A program made the position numbers and the translations under genes. From NCBI RefSeq assembly GCF_963921235.1, contig NC_086118.1, positions 19,160,001-19,224,000 of the forward strand: a DNA stretch of 64,000 bases, given 5' to 3'. Shown here piece after piece: positions 38,623 through 52,029 of this stretch (position 1 is its first letter; every line of letters starts with the position of its first letter). This DNA comes from Mobula hypostoma. Lineage: Eukaryota. The notes under the pieces were generated by a model. The model did no database searches, was not told where the DNA came from, and saw nothing but the letters and a program-made list of their open reading frames with translations.

Positions 38623-39408
38623 TAAGACCATAAGATTTAGGAGCAGAAGTAGGCCATTCGGCCCATTGAATCTGCTCCGCCATTCAATCATGAGCTGATC
38701 CACTTCATCCAGTCATCACCACTCCCCTGCTTTCACCCCATACCCTTTGATGCCGTGGCTAATCAAGAACCTATCTATCTCTGCCTTAAATACACCCAAT
38801 GACTTGACCTCCACAGCCACTCATGGCAACAAATTCCACAGATTTACCATCCTCTGACTGAAGTAATTCCTCATCTCAGTTCTAAAAGGATGTCCTTCAA
38901 TTCTGGAGTCATGCCCTCTTGTTCTAGAATCCCCTACCATGGGAAATAAGTTTGCCGTATCTAATCTGTTCAGGCCTTTTAGCATTTGGAATGTTTCTGT
39001 GAGATACCCCCTCATTCTCCTGAACTCCAGGGAATACAGCCCAAGAGCTGCCAGACGTTCCTCATACAGTAACCCTTTCATTCCTGGAATCATTCTCGTG
39101 AATCTTCTCTGAACCTTCTCCAATGTCAGTGTATCCTTTCTAAAATAAGGAGCCCAAAACTGCACACAATCCTCCAAGTGTGGTCTCACAAGTGCCTTAT
39201 AGAGCCTCAACATCTCATCCTGGCTCTTATATTCTAGCTCTCTGTTTCCTCAACACTACCCGCTCCTCCACCTATCTTTGTATCATCGGCAAATTTAGCC
39301 CCAAATCCCTTAATACTGTAGTCCAAGTCATTGACACACATTGTAAAAAGTAACGGTCCCAACACCGACCCCTGTGGATCTTCACTGGTAACCGGCAGCC
39401 TGCCAGAA
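38623..39408 (-). mobile_element. CR1 3' fragment with an internal deletion near 39235
   Basis: MLRLYKALVRPHLE...QRRFTRMIPGM; KFADDTK and GSVLGP segments joined directly; CATAAGA tail. Confidence 0.88.
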
Positions 39409-39529
39409 TAATGTTATGCTACTGTAGCACATACGACATGAAATTTATTGTCTTACAACAGCAGTACAGTGCAACAAAGATTTACTATAAATTTCAAAAT
39501 AAATCAATAGCGCAAAAGACAAATACTGA

Positions 39530-40436
39530 GGTGGACGCTTGAAGAAGATGGCGCCAGTGAACAACGCAACCAAGGGCAACATCCTTCAGACAGTTCATGA
39601 AGCTACTTCTTTCACTTCTTTTACATCTTATTTTTCTTTCAAATATAATTCTGCTACTGTTGGAGACTGGTCTACATTTTGGTGCTATGTTTTCGGTCCA
39701 ATTGAGTGATTTGGTGCTTTGCTGTCTTCGACAGTGTTCAGTAAGGTTTTGAGGCCTAAATGCCTGAAAATGGGGTGTGAGCCCATGACCAACTCCATTT
39801 CTTGTCAATCTCACTGACTAAAGCATTGAGGAAAATTGAAATCATCAAGGCAAGAGTGAGAGACGAACAAGTGTTCAGAGCCACTTACCAGCCTCTTGCT
39901 CACTGCTGCCAAAGAAAAGTATCTGTGTATGACGGGCTACTCCCGGTGGAAGGCCCCAGTGTTTGAGTGGTCTCTCTTTCTCTCGAAGCTGTTGGAAGGT
40001 GCTGCCAGAGTACTAGGTCTTGGGCAAGGTTTAGTCAACACGGTTTGTGGATTGGACTCTGTCATTCACGTTATGATGTGTTCCTGGTTTCTGGTTTCTC
40101 CTTTATTTTGTTGCTGCTTTGTGCGATTTTGATCGGGGTGGCCTGCAGGTAAGAACACCACAGCGCTTGGTTGAACTGAACTGAGCTGAGTTGAATATGC
40201 CTGGACCCTATCGATGACTTTGTGGGTTGCTATTTTATACGCTGTATTTTTTGCTTTTTTTTTATCTTCTTGTTGTTTGTGCGATATGGGTATTTTTTTG
40301 CATGTGGTTCAGGGTTGATGTTTTTCTTTGAACAGGTTCCATGGTTTTCCTTTGTTTTGTGGCTGTCTGTGGGAAGGTGAATCTCAGGGTTGTATACTGC
40401 ATACATACTTTCATAATAAATGTACTTTGAATCTTT
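39530..40436 (+). mobile_element. About 900-bp non-coding retroposon (AAGATGGCGCC head) inserted in a Rex1 3' UTR
   Basis: Ends GAATCTCAGGGTTGTATA...AATAAATGTACTTTGAATCTTT; Rex1 sequence continues on both sides (about 39430-39530 and 40437 onward). Confidence 0.6.
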
Positions 40437-40810
40437 ATTCATGGGTTCATGAATTGTTCGGAAATCTGAAGGTAGAGGCAAACAACTGTTCGTAAAACAT
40501 TGAGCATGTGTCTTCAGGCCCCTGTGCCTTCTCCATGGTAATAACATGAAGAGGGCATGTCCCGGATGGTGGGGATCTTTAATGATGCATGCTGTCATCC
40601 CTACAGTGGGGAAGGGTGGTGCCTGTGATAGAACTGACTGAGACTACAATCTTCTGCAGTGTCTTCAAATCTTGTGCATTGAAGACATCATGCCAGGCTG
40701 TGATACAAGTAGTCAGAATGCTCCCTACCCTACATATGTAAAATTTGCAAGAGTGTTTGGTGATATATCAAGACTCCTCAAACCTCTCATGAAGTAAAGC
40801 CACTCCCACA
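40437..40810 (-). mobile_element. Rex1/Babar 3' fragment
   Basis: IIKDPHHPGHALFMLLP..R.R.LK.H...F.NS. Confidence 0.8.
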
Positions 40811-41814
40811 ACATGCCCCACTTTTTGAACTATCAGGAAACATGGACATCTAAGACCTTTCCTTCAGTCTATTAATATAAATTAAAAGTAATTAGAGTTA
40901 GAGAGCCATGGGCTAGCACCTTGTTTCACACACTCATTACCCTCTGTGTGAAGTTCCCCTTCATCTTCCCCTTAAGCATTTCACCTTTCACCCTTAACCA
41001 ATGACCTTTGGCTCTTGTCTCGCCCAAACTTAGTGGAAAAAAGCCTGCTTACATTTACCATATCTAAACACCCTCATAATTTTGTATGCCTTTATCAAAT
41101 CTCCCCTCATTCTCCTACGCTCTAAGGAATAAAGTCCAAACATATTCACCCTTTCCTAATAACTCAGGTCCTCAAGTCCTGGCAACACCCTGGTAAATTT
41201 TCTCTGCTTTTGTTCAATCTTCTTGATATCTTCCCTGTAGGTCGGTGACCAGACTTGGGTATAATACTCCAAATTAGGCCCCAACAATGTCTTATACAAC
41301 TTCAACAAAACATCTCAACTCCTCGATTCAGTACTCTGAATTATGAAGGCCATTGTACCAAAAGCTCTCTTTATGTCCTTATATAGGTGTAATGACACTT
41401 TCAAGGAATTATGGATCTGTATTCCCAGATCTGTTCTACTACGCTTCTCAGTGTCATAATATTCAAGGTGGAAGCCCTAACTTGGTTTGTCCTCCCAAAG
41501 TACAACACCTCACACTTGTCAATATTAAATTCCATCTGCTATTTTTCAGTCCTTTTGTCCAACTGGTCCCGATCCTGTTGAAAGCTTTAATAGAGGTCCT
41601 CACTGTCTACTACTCCTCCAGTCTTGGTTTCATTTGCAAATTTGCTGTTCAAGTTTCATACATGATTAACTAAATCATTGATATAGGTGACAAACAACGC
41701 AGACCCAGTACTGATCCCTGCAGCACACCTCTAGTCACAGGTCTCCAGTGAGAGACGCAACTATCTACCACCAACCTCTGGCTTTTCCCCAGATGGCAAT
41801 GTCTAATCTATTTG

Positions 41815-42400
41815 CAGTTGTTGGTAAACGTCTGTCTTGAAGGACAATGGGTGATGATGATCACCCATTATTGAGATCCTGAGATGCCCAGTCATCAAGG
41901 TCCCCCTCTTGGCCTCACCAATGTAGTCCAAAGGAAAGCTTGCAAACAATATGGTTGGCACCGGCTTGCCTGCAGGAGCTGCTGGAAGGATGTTCAATGA
42001 TGTCCAGCCGCCTTAGGGGCTCCACTCCGGATTTGCTGTCTCTTAGCCTTCGTCTCTCCTGAGGCTGCCCTCAAGACAGTAGGGCTATTTACCCATAGCT
42101 GGGAATCTGGTTCACGAGCACCAGGGAATATCTACACACCGGAGGGCCTGAGTGCTACATGTGCAGGGGCCAGACCTCCTCCCTGTCCTCTGTAATTCAG
42201 CCCCAGTCCAAAAAGAGTTCAGTTTCTGTGTTTTGCCAGCAAGGAAGCACTACATGAGGCTTGCTGTTGGAGAGGCTATGTACGGGCAGGGAGAGACTTA
42301 TAAATTCAAGTCTCCTTTTCACAAGACTGCTAGCCAGCGGTGGAAGCTGAAAGTGAGAGTGACAAGAACTACCACACTAGACGCATCACGGCAATCATTT
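41815..42400 (-). mobile_element. About 590-bp non-coding insertion, probably a non-autonomous RTE-type retroposon
   Basis: It interrupts CR1 near AATC(T/C)A; more GC-rich than its flanks; - strand has AAATCCGGAGTGGAGCCCCTAAGGCGG (RTE-UTR-like from memory) and a short CAACAAC tail. Confidence 0.45.
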
Positions 42401-42485
42401 TAACACCAATCCAATGTACTACCTCATCCTAAACACCAAGTGACTGAATCTTCTTGACCAGTCACCCCATGCAAGACCGTAGTGC

Positions 42486-42957
42486 ATCAATTTGAAACAC
42501 TGTCTGATTTTTACAGTCAGTCATAAATGAACATAAAGGTTAACTTAATTTGTCACGTACATCGAAACATACAATGAAATGCCGCATTTGTATCAATAGT
42601 CAACACAGTCAAGAACATGCTGAGGGCATTCTGTAAATGTCGCCATGCTTCCGACACCAACATAGCATCCACAACTTATTAACCCTAATTCGTACAACTT
42701 TTGTACGTGGGAGGAAACTGAATCACCTGGAGAAAACCCACGTGGTCACAGGAAGAACGTACAAGCTCTTTACAGACAGCAGTGGGAATTGAACCTTAAT
42801 CACTGGCACTGTACAGTGTTGCATTAATCAATACTCCTCTGTGTTACCAATGAGACATTCTTGGCATTTGCATACAGCTGTCCACTGCTTTTGCATTTTT
42901 TGAATGGAATTATTCATTGGGGAAAAATTCTGCCTCAACAGAGGTTACAAAATATCA
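42486..42957. repeat. Local duplicate of 44248-44489 plus 45145-45377 (V-SINE with both flanks)
   Basis: Shared flanks AAACACTG.CTGATT.TTACAGTCAGTC and TTCTTGGCATTTGCATACAGCTGTCCACTGCTTTTGCA...GTTACAAAATATCA. Confidence 0.85.
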
Positions 42958-44489
42958 CTCAGTACACCACTAGTCCCAGGTCTCCAGTCAGAGAGGCATC
43001 CATCTACTACCACTCTCCGGCTTCTCCCTCCATACCAAAGTCTAATCCTATTTACTTTTTCATCCTGAATGCCAAGTGACTGAATCTTCTTGACCAACCT
43101 CCCATGTGGAACCAACAACATTCACTGACTTTCGAGGTAGTTTCCTTGAAAAATGCCACAGGATTGGTTAGAAATGACCTACCATGCAGAAAGCCATGTT
43201 GACTGTCCCTAATCAGTCCTTGCCTATCCAAATACTATATATCTGGTCCCTTAGAATCCTTTTCAATAACTTACCTGCTATTGGTATTAGGCTCACCAGC
43301 CTAATCTGACTTATTCTTAGTGATTTCCGAAACAATGGAACTTCATTAGCTATCTTCCAATCTTCTGGCACCTCACCTGTTGCTAAGGACATTTTAAGTA
43401 TCTCTACTGGGGCCCCTGCAATTTCTGCACTCACCTCCTACAAGGTCCAAGAGGGCATCTTGTCCAGCTTTAGTGGTTTATCCATCCTAATTTGCCTCAT
43501 GAATATAATCTCTATGAGGTCCATGTCCTCCCTCATGTTTTGCCCCACTTCTATAAACTATGTGTCCACCTCCCAAGTAAATTTAGATGCAAAATACCCA
43601 TTTAAGATCTCCTCATCCATTTTGGCTTCACACATAGACAACTTCCCTGATCTTCAATAGGACCATTTTTGTCCAATGCCATCCTTTTGCTCTTAATATA
43701 TCTGCAGAAACCCTTGGGAATCTCTTTTACCTTTTCTGCTAGAGCAAGCTCATGCTTCTTTTAGCTCTGCTGCCTTCCATCTTAAGTGTTCTCTTGCAGT
43801 TTTTATACTCCTCAAGTACCTTATTTGCTCCTACCCGCCTGTACCTGCTATGCACCTCCTTCTTCTTCTTAACCAGAGTCTCCAAAGCACAAGATTTGAG
43901 AGCAAAGTTCTGTACCTTAGCCCAGAAAACACTCATATATTCTGATTTTTCTGTCCTTTGCGTGTAATCAATACTCAATCCACATTAACACACTTCATAC
44001 TTCTTCTAGTACCTTGACTTCTTGTTTAATGGTTAGCCTCCTACAGTATGTGACATCTTGTTAAATGCCTTCCTAAAATCCAAATACACTACATCTACAG
44101 TTTCCCCTCTATTGATATAGCTTGTTACATCTGCATACATCTCCAGGCAATTTGACAAAAGTGATTTACATGTAGTAAAACTATGCTGACTTTGTCTGTG
44201 ATTATGTCCATTTCAATCACCGTCCTTCAAACTAAACAATCAATTTTAATCACTTTTAAACACTGCCTGATTGTTACAGTCAGTCGTAAATAAAGATAAA
44301 GATTGGCCTAATTAGTCACATATACCTCAAACCATCAAAACATACAGCAAAATGCCTCATTTGTGTCAATGACCAACACAGTTCAAAGATAAACTGGGGA
44401 CGTTCTGTAAGGTCTGTCATGCTTCTGACACCAACATAGCATCCACAATTTATTAACCCTAATTTGTACAACTTTTGTACGTGGGAGGA

Positions 44490-45144
44490 TTGCAATTACC
44501 TGGGGATACGAATTGACAATAAACTGGACTGGTCAAAGAACACTGAAGCTGTCTACAAGAAGGGTCAGAACCGTCTCTATTTCCTGAGGAGACTGAGGTC
44601 CTTTAACATCTGCCGGACGATGCTGAGGATGTTCGACGAGTCTGTGGTGGCCAGTGCAATCATGTTTACTGTTGTGTGCTGAGGCAGCAGGCTGAGGGTG
44701 GCAGACACCAACAGAATCAACAAACTCATTCGTAAGGCCAGTGATGTTGTGGGGATGGAACTGGACTCTCTGACGGTGGTGTCTGAAAAGAGGATGCTGT
44801 CTAAGTTGCATGCCATCTTGGTCAATGTCTCCCATCCACTACCTAATGTACTGGACGGGCACGGGAGTACATTCAGCCGGAGACTCATTCCACCGAGATT
44901 CAGCACTGAGCATCATAGGAAGGCATTCCTGCCTGTGGCCATCAAACTTTACAACTCCTCCCTTGGAGGGTCAGACATCCTGAGCCAATAGGCTGGTCCT
45001 GGACTGATTTCATAATTTACTGGCATAATTTACATATTACTATTTAACTATTTATGCTTCTATTACTATTTATTACTTATGGAGCAATTGTAATGAAAAC
45101 CAATTTCCCCAGGATTAATAAAGTATGACTATGACTATGACTAT
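44490..45144 (+). mobile_element. Rex1/Babar 3' fragment inserted in a V-SINE
   Basis: YLGIRIDNKLDWSKNTEAVYKKGQNRLYFLRRLRSF; (ATGACT)n tail. Confidence 0.88.
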
Positions 45145-46369
45145 GAAACTGAACCACCTGGAGGAAACCTACATGGTCAACGTACAAGCTCTTTACAAAC
45201 AGCAGTGGGAAATGAACCCTAATCACTGGCACTGTACATTGTTGCATTAATCAATACTCTCTGTGTCACCAATGAGATGTTCTTGGCATTTGCATACAGC
45301 TGTCCACTGCTTTTGCACTTTTTGAATGGAGATAATTATTGGGGGAAAATCTGTCTCACCAGAAGTTACAAAATATCAAGATATATTGAACTGGATATCT
45401 TGAGAAAATCATCAGCTGAAGAATGCCTTAAATCAATGAGAAACTCTCCCCTGAATATGCAACTTTAGCTGTTGTATGACAAACACCAGTGCTTGTCACT
45501 GTTATAGGCACAAACCTAAGCTTTTGAACCACAAAATCTGCGAGTCTGTGAATCGTAATGTAAATCCCCTTGGGCATCCTACTTCAATTTGAGTGACATT
45601 GCACGAAGTTACAATTGACATCATATGATGAGACAGACTAAAACAAATGTGTGCTGGTTGATAACTTACAAATTTATTTCTTTATCTGGCTCAACCAAGT
45701 AAATAACCCAAATGTTAAAGGTGAGATCCTTGTATCCACTGTTTATAACTGATTATATGTACAGTAATTCTTGTCATTATGGCACAAATTCATACAGTCA
45801 CCTCACTGATGAAAATAAAACACCATTTGACTTGTCAGTAATCATCTTATGTGGAAACCATTTAAGCTGATGTAATTTTCAGCTTGTTCATGGTCTAGTT
45901 ACTATGAAAATGGCGCCATTGTTTAATTCACAATTTTGTTTCTGGGTCCTTGCTGGAGCTTTACTCAGGCTTTCACCTTCCTCCAACCCAATCAGGTATC
46001 CAAACCAAACCTCACATCTGCATCGCTGTCTTACTACACCTACCCCAGATATACCTAAACAAATGGTCCCGGTTCCGCTCATGACCACCAGCTCTCTACT
46101 ACGATCCAATGTCTTGGTCTGACTCATGCCTTTCTGATCCCTCCCCCTCCATTGATGGTTTGACACTCCATTGCCCCTGTCCTGGGCCTCCCCCAGCTTC
46201 CTTCCCAACAACACAATCCACTGACAATGTCCTCTGTGACTGTCCCAGTCACTCAGCTTGCTCGATGGTGTCAGAAGCAAACAGAGAAAAAGCCTATTCA
46301 TGTATTATGTGAGGCCTGTGTCGTTGTGTACAATATCTTTAGCTTTCTGTGCAATAACAGTTTTCAAAA

Positions 46370-47555
46370 GATGGATAGATAAATAGATACTTTATTGATT
46401 CTGAAAGAAATTACAGTGTCACAGTAGTATTACAAACACACAGACACATAAATGTTAGAAGAGACGTAAGAAAGAATAAAAAAACGTTATCTTAAACAGT
46501 CTAACGGGAGAGGGTCATCACTTCTCCCGTTGTAGGTTGACTCATTATGGAGCGTAATGATCTCATATAGCGCTCTTTGGAGCAGCGCAGTTATTTTAAT
46601 CTATTACTAAATGTGTTCCTCTGTTCAACCAAGATGGCATGCAGAGGGTGAGAAACGTTGTTCAGAATTGCCAGGATTTTCCATTGGGTCCTTTGCTCTA
46701 CAACAGATTCCAGTGTGTTCAGTTTGATTTCTGTAAGAGAGCCAGCCTTTCTAATCAGTTTATTGAGCCTGTTGGCATCACCCATGTTGATGCCATTGCC
46801 CCAGCACACTACCACATAGAAGAATGGACTGGCGACAACAGACTGGTAGAACATGTGAAGGAGAGGCCTGCATACTCCAAAGGACCTCAGTCTCCTCAGG
46901 AAGTATAGGCATCTCTGACCCTTCTTGTAAACAGCCTTTGTGTTGGTGCTCCATACAAGTCTGTCATTCAGGTGCACCCCCAGGTACTGGTAGATCCTCA
47001 CCACATCTACGTCCTCACCATCAATAGTAACAGAGGGTAGTGCAGGCTTAGTCTTCCTAAAGTCCATCACCATCTCCTTTGTCTTCCTGATGCTGAGCTG
47101 CAGATGGTTCAGCTTGCACCATCTGACAAAGTCCTCCACCAGAGCTCTGTATTCATTCTCCCATCCTCTCTTTATATACCCAACTGTTGCTGAGTCATTA
47201 GAGAATTTTTGCAGGTGACATGACATAGCATTGTATCTAAAGTCTGAGGTATACAGGGTAAACAGGAAGGAAGCCAATACAGTCCCTCTGGGACCATAGT
47301 GCTGTTTATAGCCATGTCTGACACACAGCTCTGAAGCTGCACAAACTGTGGTCTGCCAGTCAGGTAGTCCATTATCCAGGATACAATGGAAGTGCCAACT
47401 TGCATTGAATGGAGCTTTTCCCCCAGCAATGAGGGTTGTGTAGTATTGAAGGCACTTGAGAAATCAAAGAACATGATCTTCACAGTGCTGCCCTGCTTAT
47501 CCAAATGGGAGTAGGCTCTGTTCAGCAGGTAGATGACAGCATCATTGACTCCAAC
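46370..47555 (-). mobile_element. Rex1/Babar RT-to-3' fragment
   Basis: FFDFSSAFNT, FLFTLYTSDF, QKFSND, KTKEMVMDFRK, LYFLRRLRSF. Confidence 0.9.
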
Positions 47556-47649
47556 ACTTTTATTCACTGAATCAATAACTTACGAAGACAAATATTTCCA
47601 AAAGTAACAAAATTTTTTTTAATGACCATTTAAAGAAAATCCATTGCAA

Positions 47650-48700
47650 TATCCTTCAAAAGTACAATGGGTATATCTTCACCATGAAACAAATCCAAGA
47701 AAAATGTAGATGGCAGTATCCTTCCTTGACCTCACAAGTGCCTTCAATTCCTTCTTAAATTTGGCTACCTTCAGAAAATGTGTTACAAGTCTATGTTTGC
47801 TACACAAAGACTTGCAAGTGGAGATTCTAACCAACAGATCCATCACAGGTCCAAATACAGTGCAGAATGGGATAAAAACACGTTCAGGATATCACACTAA
47901 ACCTTTTCTCGAAATTCCTTGTTTCAGTTCTTCACCTCATCTTCCTGCTAGAGTGGAATTATTCTACAGTGTAAAGAGGAGACTGCTCATTCTCCATTGT
48001 CTTCAAGCTAACCTCAACATTAGTCATGGATTTCTGGTGCAAAGTCAATCATGGCATATGATCACATTTGATAGCTGAGCTCCAAGTTGTTTCCTTCCCT
48101 GAATTATATGAGAAAATGTGCCTTACAATAAACTTAGTGGATGATCCCTTACATGATGTTAGATCACTTAGTATGGAACCAAGTTATTTATACTAAGCAG
48201 TCCAATTACAGTTCTGTGCAGTCATGGAATTCAGAATATCCATGTGTTGGATAGAATATGTAGTTAATGGCATTAGCTCATCATCAACCCTAAATATCTT
48301 GATAATACAGGTCCTTTACCAACCTGACTCTGCCACACTTCTCTGACCCCTTACAATCAAGATCCAAAGACACTGGAAAATATAAAACAGTTTCCATGGC
48401 TCAAAAGCCACTTCTTAATAAAGGCAGACATTAATGGAAAAATGTTCCAGCACCTGCAGTATATTGGCAAAGTCTTGGCTGTCTGAGGAAAGTGATGCTG
48501 GAACACTAGGATTCAAACACAACCTTCTGTCTCCATGTTGAATTGTGAGGGGCAGTGATTCCCAGGAGTCAGAAGAATGTTGAGAATGGCTTTCAGAAAT
48601 TTTCTCTATCCTCCTGGAATTTTCTTGCTGTAATAGAACTGAAAGTAGATCACTTTTGGATTAAGGTCTCTTAAAATATGCCGACAGGATACAATATGCA
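47650..48700 (+). mobile_element. Highly degenerate RTE-like LINE RT fragment
   Basis: FLDLTSAFNS, VQNGIK and VELFY...RLL.L..LQA remnants. Confidence 0.45.
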
Positions 48701-48949
48701 GACAGTCAGCAATGAAAATGTCTACATCCATGCAAATTCATGATCTTTAAGGTGAAGAACAATGTTGATCTCTGATTACCTATCTAATAGTAGAGGAAGA
48801 AGCAATCCCTTTCACGTCTTTTTATGAATGTCATTTTTTTCTTTATTTTTAGAATGACCCAAAATAATTTGTAGCCAATGTGTTCTATACAAGTGAAGTC
48901 AGTCTTCTAACATAGGAAACTGGGCCAATTCTAAACGCAATTTAATTAT

Positions 48950-49380
48950 TACAAGATACGCAGAAAGGTGTCAGAAAAGAGCCAGTAATGTCACTCACCC
49001 TGCTCATGGACTGTTTGTCCCACTCCCATCAGAGAGAAGGCCATGTGGCATTCACACCAAGTCCACCAGACTCGCAGTTACTTTCCCAAGCAATGCAGCA
49101 GATAAACACGTTCACCCACCAACCCACACCTCCACACCCTCCACCACAATGTTATCATTTCCTGTCAGACATCTTATGTACTGTACTGAGCATCACTTTA
49201 TGAAAGTACAATCAATCTATGTAGATTACTTAACTTCTGTATACATATTTAACATCTTCTGATAATTATTGTGTTCCTTATCTTATTTTTTCTTGTGCTG
49301 CATCGGATCCAAGATAACAATCATTTTGTTCTCCTTACATTTTTCCACTAGAAATGACATTAAATAATAGTGAATCTTCA
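48950..49380 (+). mobile_element. Rex1/Babar 3' end
   Basis: HPAHGLFVPLPS motif; 3' UTR similar to 35720-36150. Confidence 0.75.
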
Positions 49381-49516
49381 ATAAATGTTTTAGATTGAAA
49401 GAAAAAGATTATCCAGCACAATAATCTTAACCGATATCTATATATTTTCTGTCACAGTCAGTTCATTATGCATCAGAAATAACAGCAAGGCATAATTGAA
49501 AGAATCAATGCAATAA

Positions 49517-50276
49517 CAAACAAGGGAAAATCTGCAGATGCTGTAAATTCAAGCGACACACAAAATGCTGGAGGAACTCAGCAGGCCAGGCAGCATCTAT
49601 GGAAAAGAGAACAGTTGATACTTAGGTCAAGACCCTTTGGTGGAGAAAAATAAGATGAGGATTAGTACTACAAGGTGGGGGGAGGGGAGGGAGAAACTCA
49701 AGGTGATATGTGAAACCAGGAGGAGGAGGGTGAAGCAAGGAGCTGGGAAGTTGATTGGTGAGAAAGACATAGGGCTGGAGAAGAGGGAATCTAATAGGAG
49801 AGGACAGAAGGTCATGGAAAACAGAAAAGAGGGAGGGGCACCAGAGATGGGCAGGCAAGGAGATAAGATCAGAGAGGAAAAGGGTGATGGGTAATGGTGA
49901 GGGGGTTGGTGCCAAGCACCTACGCTACATCTGCTGGAAAAACCGGGATCTCCCAGTGGCCACCCATTTTAATTCCACTTCCCATTCCCACTCCAATATG
50001 TCTATCCACGGCCTCCCCCACTGTTGCAATGAAGCCACACTCAAGTTGGGGAAACAACACTATTTCACCATTCCCCGTCCCCTTTTCCTTCTCCCCCTCC
50101 CAGTTTCACTTATCATCTTGTGTTTTTCTCTCTCTCTCCTCCTACCACCTTTTAACTCTACTCCTCATCTTTTTCCCCCCAGTCCTGGTGAAGGATCTCG
50201 GCCCAAAATTTCGACTGTACACTTCTCCATAGATGCTGCCTGGTCTGCTGAGTCCCTCCAGCATTTTGTATGTGTT
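49517..50276. mobile_element. Penelope-like element remnant with inverted pLTRs and a GIY-YIG fragment
   Basis: TSD AATCAATGCAATAA / AACCAATGCAATAA; inverted pLTR arms; KHLRYI....DLPVATHFNSTSHSHSNMSIHGL..C....LKLG.QH on +. Confidence 0.85.
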
Positions 50277-52029
50277 AACCAATGCAATAATTTGCAATAT
50301 TATATAATATATGATGATTCCTCAATACCATGGGAGGAATCCCATATTTTAGGCTAATTCCCATTACTTGTGATTTCTTAAGTTTTGCATTTGTAACTCA
50401 ACTGTCTATTCTTCCTGAAGCACGCCTTCTACCTAACTCTTACACTGCTCCTCTCAGCCATTCTCTGAATAGAGGGTCATAAACCAAGCTTTTAAAGACG
50501 TGCTTCTCCTACAGTCATAAACTCTCATAGAAAGATGCTGTCATGATCTTGAATGGTCAATTTCAATTCAATTCCAATTTCTCTCTGTACCAAATTTACG
50601 GCATAATCTTAGAGGAGCTAAATTTGCTACTGTCAGTAGAAACATATAGCCTATAGATTCACAGTTAAACAGTCAACATCTTTTAAAAGCCTAATATTTT
50701 TTTTGAAACCTGGTTGCTTCTACTATTGATGATCCTAGACACGATAAAGTACTGTTAAGAAATCTATTCATTATTGCTGTCTTCCATTAATGGGACGATT
50801 TCAGCCCTACCATTAAACCATTCATTATCTTAAAATGGAAAATTAATTTGAAAATTAATTGAACTCATACATCAATTCCCTCTTTTTATTCTTCTCCATG
50901 TTCCCTGAACTCTGAGGCAAGTATACAGGCAGTTCCTTGGGTGCTATCCAATGCTCAGTTTTTCCTAGTCTGGCCCTTCACGCATCAGCCGAATCTGTGA
51001 ATGTTTGTGGCATCTTAACAAGGAGCCAGCTTCATGTATTGCCTTGTCCAGTGGGTCTTCACATACTTGTCAGCAAGAGTCATTTTATGTTACTGAAAAA
51101 TGATAAACCTGAATGGATCATTTCCTGACTCAAGTTGATAAAGCCATTGTAAAACCTTTGCTTCCAATCAAATATGAATATGTAACTGTAACTCAGCATG
51201 AGCGCTCAGATCTGTGACAAACTACTATCTGCTTACTCACTTGTGCGCTGAATAGCATACTTAACAAAATTAATCATTCAACACAGCCATTTGTCAATAC
51301 AACTTGAAGTACTGAAAAATATAAAAATAATTAAAGAATGCTATTAGTTAAGCTAGTATAACTAAGATGCTATATTAGTTAACTGTTGAATACTACTGCT
51401 TTACAAATGATCATTTACACATCAATTTTTTTCATTATTCTGTTGATGGTCTGCATTCAGCAAAAAAAAAACTGACATTTCTCCTTGATGGAATTCTCTA
51501 TGCATTTCTATTACATCTGAAAGCAGAATTGTTGAGATGTGAATTATATTCAGAATGTAAGTTTTGTCAGAAGTAACATTTGTCACTTAAAATGTTATTT
51601 ATATCTTCTCTTGATTGGAAAAAAATACAAAAATAGTAAAGTAATGATTATTTTAGATATTACAGATGCATTAATTGTTACTTGCAATCCAATTAGTGAT
51701 CCAATTTAACTTGGGCTTCAGATTATGAAGAAAAGAATACCAATTCTCCAGTGCAGTTTTTATTCCTGGTGAGAAATGGCTGTGATTTCATCTAAATGAT
51801 AAATACATATTTAGGAATACTTCATGTTCTCTACAATTTTGAGTATATTAATCCTTACACATTTTCTTTAAATTAGTGCTTATGGGTTAAGTGGCTAAGG
51901 AAATCCTTGAAAGATAGCGAGAAGGCGGTATCGAAGTAAATTAAAGTATATATAATGGAATTTCTTTGAGATGTTGTCACATAAATTATTTACTGGTCAA
52001 TAATAACTGCAAATATGATACCCTCTTGT

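Larger units (their letters stand above)
40915..43880 (-). mobile_element. Degenerate CR1 ORF2, rearranged by insertions and a duplication
   Basis: EI.G....I...SLATGEVPEDWKIAN..PLF; GSVLG; VGPNLEY. Confidence 0.8.
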
